Source: Haliotis rubra (Eukaryota). Taken from it: a stretch of DNA of 64,000 bases. Position numbers and translations under genes: made by a program. The stretch is taken from NCBI RefSeq assembly GCF_003918875.1, contig NW_025765814.1, positions 124,001-188,000 on the forward strand, in the 5' to 3' direction. Position 1 is the stretch's first letter. Every line of letters starts with the position of its first letter. A model generated the notes under the pieces. That model did no database searches. It saw only the letters and a list, made by a program, of their open reading frames with translations, and was not told the origin of the DNA. Of the stretch, positions 14,710 through 26,362 are shown one piece after another.

Positions 14710-15652
14710 ACAAGCACCATCTTGTAACAGTTTCATGGGTAACGCCAACCTTCCCCCTTCATCCTGACCATGGAGACTACCTCTGATGAACAAAGTCAGC
14801 TTCAGGTAACCCAGTGAAGACTGCTTACAAAACTTATTGCTGATTATCACTCAGTCAGTCCTTGAGTCACAGGTACTGAAGATTCAGATCCTACTCTGCA
14901 TATTTATGGTATGTTCTCAGTACTTAATTCTGCATCTCTTTTGGTCAGTCTTTAAATGATGAGGTAAAGCATGATAAAAGAGAGGTATCTTTATGGTAAA
15001 GAGAAAAATAAATCTTAATTTACGTTTCTTTGAGGTGACCATACACAATGACATAACATAGGTGTCTTTGAAGGGTAACAACGTTAAAAAAATTGATTAT
15101 GATTTTCTTGTGAATCTCAAAACTCCCAAATACATATAGTTAATTTCTGATAAATAGCAAAACATAAAATTTCACACCAAACGGAGAAAGTTTTTATATA
15201 ACCACCCCTTAATCAGTTTCCAAAACAAACCTATACTACCCATCAAAAGTTTAGACTCACTTAAAGCACTCATTATATGTTATGCATATATGTGTGGTTA
15301 CCTCGAAGATGAATTTGACCACTAACTTTCAGGAACCAACTGCAAACTTTATGCAGATGAATTGCATGAGGATCATGCTATAAATTGCTAAAAAGCATGT
15401 GCAAATAACGTGCATGTGAACAGCTGTGTTGTGGTGTAAAATTTTGTTAAAAATTCGCCAATTTTCATTCAGTTTCATCATTTTTTTTAACCCATGACAA
15501 TAAAATCTTTTGTACCAAATGTTACGAGCCAACGCTTTAACCATTAGGCTAATTTGTTTTTTACAATACATCAGTTCATGTGTAAACAGTACCTTTAAAC
15601 AGTATGGAATATTTTGCAACATCTAGTTTAGAAGAGTTGACTTAAGTAAGTG

Positions 15653-15993
15653 GCTACATGTACACTAGTGAGTCTAAACGTTTGATGGGGAGTATATTTT
15701 GGGGTGTGGCTGAAAGTTAGCAGAGCAGCAGTATGTGACAATCACTTTCACTGGGTAGTATGTAGACTTGGTTGTAATGTCTACCTACTATATACTCCAT
15801 CTAGTGATGCTTGGCTGCTACATGGACACTAGTGAGTCTAAACTTTTGATGGGGAGTATATTTTGGGGTGTGGCTGAAAGTTAGCAGAGCAGCAGTATGT
15901 GACAAACACTTTCACTGGGTATTATGTAGACTTGGTTGTAATGTCTACCTACTATATACTCCATCTAGTGATGCTTGGCTGCTACATGGACAC
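15653..15993. repeat. 164-bp tandem duplication
   Basis: gctacatg at 15653, 15817, 15981 with near-identical intervening sequence. Confidence 0.9.
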
Positions 15994-16834
15994 TTCAGGA
16001 AGAGATTAGACACACATCTATCAAGAGCAAGTCTAAAGGTGTGGCTGTTCTGTTAATCCCACAAAATAACAATATTGCATACATTGTTGAACGTGTAATA
16101 ACCTTGGACCTTGACATTGTGATGATTTAAGTACTTGCTACTGTCGGACACTAGGTTTTCATGGCTAACATCTGTTTGGCTACAATAAAACACCTGCTAC
16201 CCTCAGTCCTGCTCCACACCTGTCAGGGCTTAATCCCCAGAGTAGACAACTGAAGGAATCTTGTTACTAATTCTTGGCTTAAGTGGTGGGTAATCAAATG
16301 GATAAGCAGGTGAAAAAGCCACAAAATGAGATTAACAAATCTGAGGTGGAAGTGGGTAGACAGACTGGGACCTCATGTTTTAAAATCCAGATTGGGGTCA
16401 TTATTACTTGGGTGAGGATTTACCCTGTCACTTGTATCGGTCCGTTTTACACTTGTTGTATTTTGCAAATCTGATTTGGTCAAACATTTGTGATTGTGCA
16501 CAAAAGCATTAAAATCTGCCAAGTTGCTAAGTTCAGTTTACAGCCCTTTAACATGTATTAGCCAATGAGACAAAGCATTAAAAAATATGTATGTCTTTAA
16601 GGTGATGAAACAAAGCATGATATAATACAGATGTATTCCAAAATGTTCTCTTTCAGTTGGATGTTGCTATATTGTCAGTTTCGTATGAATGACAATAAGA
16701 GTCAGTGTTAGAGGCCTTCCACAGACTTGTTATATTAATCTCACATCATGTTGGCATATCGAAATCAAACTACAGCATATGGGGCTGTTTAATAACCATC
16801 GCATTTATGACAAATGTATCCATGTGCCCAATGG

Positions 16835-18790
16835 TAAGGTATGTGACCTCATACTGAGGCATGTGACCTGATGCTGTTGTATGTAACCTGATACTGAGGT
16901 ATGAGACCTGATACTGAGACATTTGACCTGATACTGAGGTGGTGGTGGTGAAATTGGGTTTAACGTCGTGCTTGAGAATATTTCGCTCATATGACGACGT
17001 GCATGCGTGTGTATGTGTATATGTGCGGCTGCTTGTACTAGCCCAGACTTAAGCTGGTTTTATAGTGTTAGCCCACTGAGATACCATGCCCCAGTGTAGC
17101 ATGAATACCCCACTCAGACACATTATACTGACTCCGAGCCGACCAGTCCTTGTTGTACCCATTAATGCCGAGCACCAGGCAGGGACCAACAAGTACCATA
17201 TTTTAACGTCTTTTGGTATGACGCTCTAATCACTACACCACGGAGGCGGTCTCCTGATACTGAGGTATGTGACCAGATGCTGAGACCCTGATACGGAGGC
17301 GGTCTCCCGATACTGAGGTATGTGACCAGATGCTGAGACATGTGACCTGATACTGAAACATTTGACCAGATACTGATGATATTGAGGTGTGTGACCTGAT
17401 ACTGAGGTATGTGACCTGATGCTGAGACATTTGACCAGATATTGATGTATGTGACCTGATGCTGAGACATGTGACCTGATATTGAGCTATGTGACCTGAT
17501 ACTGATGCATGTGACCTGATGCTGAGGCATGTGACCTGATATTGATGTATGTGACCTGATACTGATAAATGTGACCTGATACTGATGCATGTGACCCGAT
17601 ACTGATAAATGTGACCTGGTATTGATGTATATGACCTGATACTGAGACATGTGACCTGATATTGAGGTATGAAACCCAATACTGAGACATGTGACCCGAT
17701 ACTGAGACATGTGACCTGATACGGAGGTTTGTGACCAAATATTGATGTACGTGACCAGATACTGAGGTATGTGACCAGATACTGAGGTATGTGACCTGAT
17801 GCTGAGGCATGTGACATGATATTGATGTATGTGACCTCCTGCTGAGACATGTGACCTGATGTTGAGACATGTGACCTGATGCTGAGACATTTGACCAGAT
17901 ATTGAGGCATGTGACCTGATACTGAGGTATCTGACCTGATATTGATGTATATGACCTGATACTGAGACGTGTGACCTGATACTGAAACGTGTGACCTGAT
18001 ACTGAGGTATCTGACCTGATATTGAGGTATGTGATCTGATACGGAGACATGTGACCTGATATTGATGTATGTGATCTGATACTGAGACATGTGACCTTAT
18101 ATTGATGTATGTGACCTGATACTGAGACATGTGACCTGAGGCTAAGATATTTGACCTGATACTGAGGTATCTGACCTGATATTGAGGTATGTGATCTGAT
18201 ACGGAGACATGTGACCTGATATTGATGTATGTGACCTGATGCTGAGACATGTGACCTGATACTGATGTATGTGATCTGATACTGGGATGTGACCTGATGC
18301 TGAGACATGTGACCTGATATTGATGTATGTGATCTGATACTGAGACATGTGACCTGATATTGATGTATGTGATCTGATACTGAGACATGTGACCTGATAT
18401 TGATGTATGTGACCTGATACTGAGACACTGACTGACTGAGTTTAGTTTTACGTCGCTTTATCCAACAATATCATGGCGGGGGACACCAGAAATGGGCTTA
18501 ACACATTGTGCCCATGTGGGGAATCGAACCGGACCTTCGGGTGACATGTGACCTGATATTGATGTATGTGATCTGATACTGAGACATGTGACCTGATATT
18601 GATGTATGTGATCTGATACTGAGACATGTGACCTGATATTGATGTATGTGACCTGTTACTGAGACATGTGACCTGATGCTAAGATATTTGACCTGATCCT
18701 GAGGCATGTGACCTGATATTGATGTATGTGACCTGATGCTGAGGTATGTGACATGGCCTGATGCTAAAGCAGGTGACCTGATGCTGAGTG
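16835..18790. repeat. 20-bp satellite domain 1 (tgtgacctgatactgagaca-type units)
   Basis: 20-bp periodicity over about 2 kb; interrupted by SINE A and SINE B. Confidence 0.95.
16941..17252 (-). mobile_element. SINE family A inserted in the 20-bp satellite
   Basis: Homology; TSD CCTGATACTGAGGT. Confidence 0.85.
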
Positions 18791-19074
18791 AGTTGAGTTT
18801 AATGCTGTTTTATCAATACTCCAGTAACATCACAGCAGGGGACACATTTTGTACACTTGTAGGAAATGAAACAGGGCTCTTCAGAATGACGAGCACACAC
18901 TTTATAACCACTGGCCTAACCCACCATCCCGACCTGAAGCTGAAGTATGTGACCCAATGTTGGTGCATTACATGGGTGTCTTTAAGGTGATGGGTGTCTT
19001 TAAGGTGATGAGACAAAGTGTGATATAATACAGAAATCTTTTAGATGACCTGGTGTGGAGTATCATGTTGCAGA

Positions 19075-20095
19075 TTGGCATGTGACCTGGTGTTAAGGTA
19101 AGTGACCTGGTGTTGAGGTTAGTGGCCTCATGTAGAGGTTAGTGACCTGGTATAGAGGTTAGTGACTTGATGCTGCAGTATGTGACCTGGTGTTGAGGTA
19201 AGTGACCTGGTGTTGAGGTTAGTGACCTGATGCTGCAGTACCTGGTAGGTTAGTGACCTGGTATGTGACCTGGTGTTGAGGTTAGTGACCTTATGTGACC
19301 TGGTGTTGAGGTTAGTGACCTGGTGTTGAGGTTAGTGACCTGATGCTGCAGTAGGTGACCTGGTGTTGAGGTTAGTGACCTGGTGTTGCAGTATGTGACC
19401 TGGTGTTGAGGTTAGTGACCTGATGCTGCAGTATGTGACCTGGTGTTGAGGTTAGTGACCTGATGCTGCAGTAGGTGACCTGGTGTTGAGGTTAGTGACC
19501 TGATGCTGCAGTATGTGACCTGGTGTTGAGGTTAGTGACCTGGTGTTGAGGTAAGTGACCTGGTGTAGAGGTTAGTGACCTTATGCTGCAGTATGTGACC
19601 TGGTGTAGAGGTTAGTGACCTGGTGTTGAGGTTAGTGACCTAATGCTGCAGTAGGTGACATGGTGTTGAGGTTAGTGACCCAATGCTGCAGTATGTGACC
19701 TGGTGTTGAGGTAAGTGACCTGGTGTAGAGGTTAGTGACCTGGTGTTGAGGTTAGTGACCTGATGCTAAAGTATGTGACCAGGTGTAGAGGTTAGTGACC
19801 TGGTGTAGAGGTTAGTGACCTGGTGTTGAGGTTAGTGACCTGATGCTGCAGTATGTGACCTGGTGTTGGGGTTAGTGACCTGGTGTTGAGGTTAGTGACC
19901 TGGTGCTGCAGTATGTGACCTGGTGTTGAGGTTAGTGACCTGGGCCGCGTTTCACAAAGCTATCGTAGGGCTACGACAGTCATAAGTTTATGCTACAGTA
20001 CAGGAGGTACGATTGCTACGAGAAAAGTTACGAGATCTGAGACTTACAATAGTTTTGTGAAACGGGGCCCTGGTGTTGAGGCATGTGACCTAAGA
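19075..20095. repeat. 20-bp satellite domain 2 (agtgacctggtgttgaggtt / tgtgacctgatgctgcagta units)
   Basis: 20-bp periodicity; shares the GTGACCT core with domain 1. Confidence 0.95.
19943..20069. mobile_element. Short hairpin MITE (CWG target, Harbinger-like) inserted in the satellite
   Basis: ggccgcgtttcacaaagct / agttttgtgaaacggggcc; TSD CTG; relatives at 29716-29820 and 38984-39101. Confidence 0.7.
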
Positions 20096-23010
20096 ACTTT
20101 ATAGCCCAATGTTGAGGCATGTTGCTGTTTGTCCTGATATGTGACTGCCACTGATGTGTCATTGCTCTACAGGTTCCTGGTAGTGAAGATTGGCTTTACT
20201 CACACCACTACACAATGTTCACTGTCTACTGACTCCCTCTGTAAACACTGCCTGCCCCACTTGTGGCACTGGTGTGAAGCCAGGTATCACATGGACATTT
20301 CACCATGTCCTGGTCAAACAACACCAATAATCAACACTGCTAATTTCTACAACACCTAACCTAACAGTGTTTCTTTGGCCACCTCAGCATCTTGTTCAGT
20401 GGGTGAGGACTTGGAAGCCATCCATCACCCATTATTGACATCCCGCGACCGGGCTCTCGTGTTTGTAGAACATGTCTAAATGAGTGAGGTACAGCCATTC
20501 TTAGAAAGGTGTGTAACGACATGGACAGTTGTAGTAAATCTTGCCCAATATAGTCCATGACGGCCATATTCATGAAATTACAAAGAAATTTGATTCTGCT
20601 TAATGGTGGAGAACTAATGTACACACGGCTAAATTGAGCTGTGGAGTGTATTTTTAGTTGGGTGTACCTAAATATAGCCATTGTCTGGGCCAAAGGTGTA
20701 TAAAATCAATTATGTTAAAGATACTGCTGCTAATCCCAGCAATCATATGAGAAGGTTCTCACTGTCGTGTGTCTGGTGACTGCCTTCACAGTCTCTATGC
20801 ATACAGCTGGCCAGCACACACAGACACATTGTGACTGACTTCACAGTCTGTTTACCCACAGAAACTTCCTCATAGCTACACACAGACATAATGTGACTGT
20901 CCCTGATCACATAACATGCAGGTAATATGAACAGTATTATCACTCAATTATTCAATATGACTGATATTAAACAGTGAGTGAGTGAGTATAGTTTTTATGC
21001 CACTCTTAGCAATATTCCTGCAATATCACAGCAGGGGGCATCAGAAATCGGCTTCACACATCGTTACGTAACGTATCCCTGTGGAAAATTGAACCCCAGT
21101 CTTATTTGTGACGAGTGTACACTTTAACACTAACCCCACTGCCCCCAATACAAAAGAAAACCAGCAGATTTGTCAAGTTCAGAACCACCGACGTCATCAA
21201 CTCAGCATGTACCTTCCCCTTGTCAATACATCAGACAATACCACCATTACAACCCAAACATGGAAAAAGTTCACCACAGTTAAACATAAAACATTCATAC
21301 AAATGGCCCTTTCCAGGACCAGCTCGAAACAAAGTTAATTGTGCTATCACTTTATGACCTGTCCATTCACAAGGAAAACTGTTTTCCCAACACAAAGTCA
21401 TAAGAGTATTTACTCAAAGTACTTCCACAATGTATTTGCCATTTGTTTATCTGTCTGGTTGAATGCCTGTACCATACCTATTACAAAGCCCCTTTCTGTG
21501 AAATAAGTGCAATCACTCAATCAACACAAAATTCTAAATCTACCATTGAAAATATTACTTGGCATGTGTTTGTTCTATGAATGTATGTGAGCAGGTAAAA
21601 TTTGAATGGAACTTAACTTCGCTTCTATGCTTTTCAAAAAGACATATTTCTCACAGAAATGACATAACAAATTCCATAAATTATTAATATGACAGAAACA
21701 TACACGATACAATCATTTGTTATTCTGTAAATAGTTCTACAATCCTTTGTTTGAATTCTCAAACATATTCAAGCATTATCACATTTGCATGGTTTCATAA
21801 TTTACAAAGTCTAACAGACGAAAATGTGATTAATTCTTCCTGTTCAAATTAACAGCCTGATTATGATACTTCCTTGTGTGGAGACATTTGACAGATCATT
21901 CATAAATAAACAGCAACAGTTGTGCGCCTTTCTCTGTCAGTAACCACATGACAGAACCAACTGCGCTGGCGATCAAGCGAATCTCATCAAGTCACAAGCA
22001 AACTATTCTGCCACGAACCTTCATCTATAATGCAAACCACAACTTAGAGAAAACACAAAGGATCTCAACATTAGCAAACCAAGTGTTCACAAAACAGACC
22101 CCACTTCCCTTACACTGGTTGATAGTTGGTATTCATTAGAGACTTCATTAGAACAATATCAACATAAGAAAAGACAACAATAAAGTTTTTTTAGTGTCAA
22201 ACACAAATATCGAACAAATGATTTCTAATTTCCTGTGTTTATACTGAAACATTTTGAAATCGTATGTAGATTTTGCTGTAACATTTGGCAAAATGTCGAC
22301 AAAACTGAAATTAAGTACCAGTAGTTCTTAGTGTTCTCGGCTATTCTTTGGTAAGAGATAATGAAACACATCTATGTTTTCTATGGCTTAGTCTCATCTG
22401 ATGTTCTGAAAACACATCTTTTCTGATTCTGAATTAATTGTTTATACATTTCCAAAGTGTTTCAGTTAGAAAACCAACATCATTTTCATCAGTGTGAATT
22501 ACAATTGATGCACAGAAACTATTTCAGCAGGATTTAAGAGACATAAGAATTATCCTTTCTTGCATTTCTTCCATATTTGGGTGTAAACAAATTTCACCAA
22601 ATGACATGAGCATAGGAATATTGACTAGCTTTGGGTATTATCAGGATAATAAGGGGATAATTCATGCATCATGTTGATGCTTTGATAAGATGTGCTAAAA
22701 TAGAACTTATGTAATTTTATTTAAGGTTTGCTTGTCTACTGTGGTATGATATCACTAATTAAAAGTATGTTTATTATGAATGATTAAACATCTAAAGATA
22801 GAAACAGGTCATAATACAAATCAGATACGCATAAAATGGTCGGTCTCTTTCTGTATCATTCGAATGATATGGTGAGCGAATGACTGCCATAGTCCATACA
22901 TCATGGTGACATTTGTACACTTGTCTTCTAGTTCATGGTTAGTTGAATAGTTGTAGGGGCCAGAAATTATCCCTTGAACTATTCTGTTATATGAATGATC
23001 CAGTGTTTGA

Positions 23011-23325
23011 GGTGAGGTGAAATTGGGTTTTACGTCGTGCTTGAGAATATTTCGCTCATATGACGATGTGCATGTGTGTGAATGTGTATGTGGGGCTGCT
23101 TGTACTAGCCCAGACTTAAGCTGGTTTTATAGTGCTAGCCCACTGAGATACCATGCCGCAGTGAAGCATGAATACCTCACTCAGACACATTATACTGACT
23201 CCGAGCCGACCAGTCCTTGTTGTACCCATTAATGCCAAGCGCAAGGCAGGGACCAACAAGTACCATATTTTAACGTCTTTTGGTATGACGCGGTCGGGGA
23301 TCGAACCCGCGACCTTCCGCTCTCC
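23011..23325 (-). mobile_element. SINE family A, 5'-truncated
   Basis: Homology; TSD TCCAGTGTTTGA. Confidence 0.88.
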
Positions 23326-23637
23326 TCCAGTGTTTGAAATCAGCAAGGAAGTCAAAGGTCTGTTTCATACCCCAGTTGTTAAAAGATAACGTTCTCAATT
23401 TGCCTGAATTCAAATACCACAGTTGACCTCCAGAACCACTACATTCTGATCAAAGTAACGTGAAAAAAATGATAAGTGGTTTAATTAGATTAATTCAAGC
23501 CTGATCAATATACTTGTGTATCCAACAAATTGAGAGGTCATGCGTGCATAGATGACTCATCAACACGACCACAATGTGTTCACACAATATGTACCTGACA
23601 CAAATCAAGTAAGTAAAATGCAGAAATTTCTACTCAC

Positions 23638-23695
23638 CATCAGTGAGGTACAGAGGATCAACAGGCAGTTCCTCCTTGCGCTATATCAACTGAGT
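23638..23695 (-). other. Probable 5'-UTR exon of an unidentified minus-strand gene, ending in ATG|GTGAGT
   Basis: On the - strand: long T-rich tract gttagtttttgtttgtttttgtttccag| 58-nt exon, closed in all three frames, ...ctgATG|gtgagta. Confidence 0.55.
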
Positions 23696-25486
23696 CTGGA
23701 AACAAAAACAAACAAAAACTAACTTGTTTGAGAGGCATTCAGAGTGAGTGAGTTTAGTTTTATGCTGCTTTTGGCTGAGTCATTTAGAAGTTGGAGCATT
23801 AAGTTATCATCACTTGCTTGATAATGGTCTTAGAATCTACACCAAAACATCGCTCTCACTGTAATAAAGAAGTTGTTCATCCATATATTGTCATCCTTCC
23901 ACAAACAAAACTGCATTGTTAAAACAAAAGGGCAGTTCAAAAGCCTAACAAAGAAAGAAAAAATTAGAACCAGTTCAAAACATCACAGCTTGTTTCCTTC
24001 AAAATTATATATTTTCATAGATTAAGTGTCAGTCTAGTTTAATAATATGTTCCCTTAAGTAGCCCAAGGCATTACAAAAGTTACATCATGTTTGTCTGCC
24101 AGTGGGATTGTGTAGACAGGTAAATTGCATATTCAAACAACCTGCCTGGACAATACCTTGGGCAAATATTTACTCATTAGGTGAGGTAGGACTAATCAGA
24201 TCAATTGGCACTGCCTCAAGGTATTTACTGAATATTGGTAGTACCTATTATGTCACAAAATATGGAGGAGGGAATTATGTTTTTATTGATTTACATGCTG
24301 ATTATTATCTGTACAATTATATTCATAATTTGAAGACCACAAACAGAACAAACAAGTCCAAATATATAGCTTTACTGTATTCTAAAAAGATATACCATAA
24401 AATAATGTATTTTTAAGTCCCTGATTATGATAACTGGAGAAGAATATACCTTAAATTTTGCACTTTTGTGTGGGAACTTGAATTTGGCATCCTTGGGCCT
24501 TCTTGTTTCACTTTCAGTATTTGTACTTTGGAAAGCCCCTTAGCATGATAACGTCATGGACTCTTTTATGTTTGTATTAACATAACTTCCCTTGTGAAAA
24601 TGCATTAAAAAATTACATTAAATGAAAATAATCCCATTGTGTCTTAGTATAAGGTCTGTTCTTATACGAGGCATTGTTCAAATTGAGACACTTAATTGGA
24701 ATCTTACACTGAAAGAGATGGTTACAAATCAGCTTGGTTACAACTCTGCCTACAGTTATCCTGGAGAATATAACAACTTTCTGTTTGCTTCCTTAATTTC
24801 AATTCTATTTTCACATTGGTACTAAATCTCTGGGTAAGCAAACATTGCCATAACAAAACCTACTGAGAGTCCATGAAATTACTATGAATATGTGACAGTT
24901 TCCAAAAAGAAAATGAAAACTCAAAATGGAAATTGTATGTGATGCTCAAGTCTAAGATAGTCCAGTAAAATTGATGATTTCTGGGGATGATGCCACCTTC
25001 AAATTACCTGTAGAATGGCACAATGACCTTCAATTTTCCATATCAGCTGCTACACTATAGATTTAGATCAACCATTGATGAATTAGACATATATAGCCAA
25101 CATAAAAACCAACTGTATGTTCTACATGCTGAAGAATTATCATTTAGAATGGATAACAATGCAATATATGCCAGCAATACAATCAGGATCTGACCAAGAG
25201 TGATGAAATTATCAATTATTGACATTTTTATGTGGTTGTCAACTACTTTCCAATCAAAATGGTACGAGGCCAATTATCAAGATCCAGTGATACTGTTGGT
25301 GTAAAAACACATATGTAATCAATAAACAAAAGTTAATATAACCATATATTGTATTTGTGTGAACAAAATTCGTTTTGCGACAGGTCGTGCTTAAGTACAT
25401 GTAGCGTTCTCTTCGGTTACAGCCACGTTCTGTAGCCTGTTTTGACAGCAAATGCAAGGCTACTATCCAATTCTTTGGGGACTCAC

Positions 25487-25660
25487 CTATTTATTTACAC
25501 GCAGTACAGGCTTTCGCATTTTAAACCATGTCAGTGCAATGGTGCCATGATGGTCTACGTCCAGCAGAACGTCGTTAATAAAAGGAAGGAATTCATAATT
25601 ATCAATCCACTATGGCCTTGCTCTTGTCACATCTTGAGCATCTGCGCATCGGCCATTGCC
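25487..25660 (-). other. Candidate first (non-coding) exon of the same minus-strand gene
   Basis: Donor TAG|GTGAGT at 25487/25486 on -; CpG-enriched; several short uORFs; 5' end approximate. Confidence 0.4.
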
Positions 25661-26218
25661 TAACCTTTGACCTTCAGGATGAGAATTTTATAACTTGATC
25701 ACCGTATTTCTGAGAAAATGTGATAGTTTGTTTTCTCTACAAGAACAGATTTATTAATATTGTGTGGATTGGAATTGAAAATATCTAATTGATTATTGAC
25801 ATTCTGTTGGAGGAAATAGCAATCCGTGTTTACTTCCTTTTTATGAAACCCGGAAATGCCAATTATCTCCCTTTGAACTAGTTTCCTAAAAACTACCTTT
25901 TAAATTCTAAAACTAATATAAATATATGACGTAAAAATATCATCAAAAACATTTATATATATAACCTTATAACTATACACATATACTGATATTTAATAGC
26001 AAGGGTACAAACTATTAGTAGGTAGACATATAAAGAACTCGATCCAGAATAAATTCATTTGTAATTAGTTGTTACGAAGATAGTATAATATTTTACAAAC
26101 GCAGGCCAATCAAAACTTTGTGTGGGATGTTTGAAGACGGCAAGTATGAAGGCATGAACAGGTGGCTGCAATTAATAACGCGATATTTTGTTTATCGTAT
26201 TACGAAACGTGAGATAAC
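25660..26218. promoter_or_regulatory. RhoGAP11A promoter/5' leader, probably bidirectional
   Basis: ETS-like CCGGAA near 25850, CCAAT 26106-26110, CHR-like TTTGAA 26130-26135; lies between the RhoGAP ATG and a minus-strand candidate first exon. Confidence 0.45.
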
Positions 26219-26362
26219 ATGGACGGATATAGGCATATTAGCTGCGTCGAAAGGGTTAATAATCTAAGGACATTTATAAAAGACGATCTACTGAACTGTG
26301 GTGTCAAACTTCCGAAAAATAAGAAGGCAAAGAAACTCAACAATTCAAGAGGCCCGTCACAG
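26219..26362 (+). CDS. ARHGAP11A: RhoGAP11A exon 1 (MDGYRHISC...GPSQ)
   Basis: ATG in aacATGg context; 48 open codons ending CAG|GTGAGG. Confidence 0.75.

Noticed and set aside
17162-18428. Long minus-strand ORFs (408, 313, 285 aa) of repetitive SGH/IRSH/QYQVT peptides
   Set aside because: All three frames are open because the 20-bp satellite unit lacks stops on that strand; the ORFs run into SINE sequence and lack splice or promoter context.
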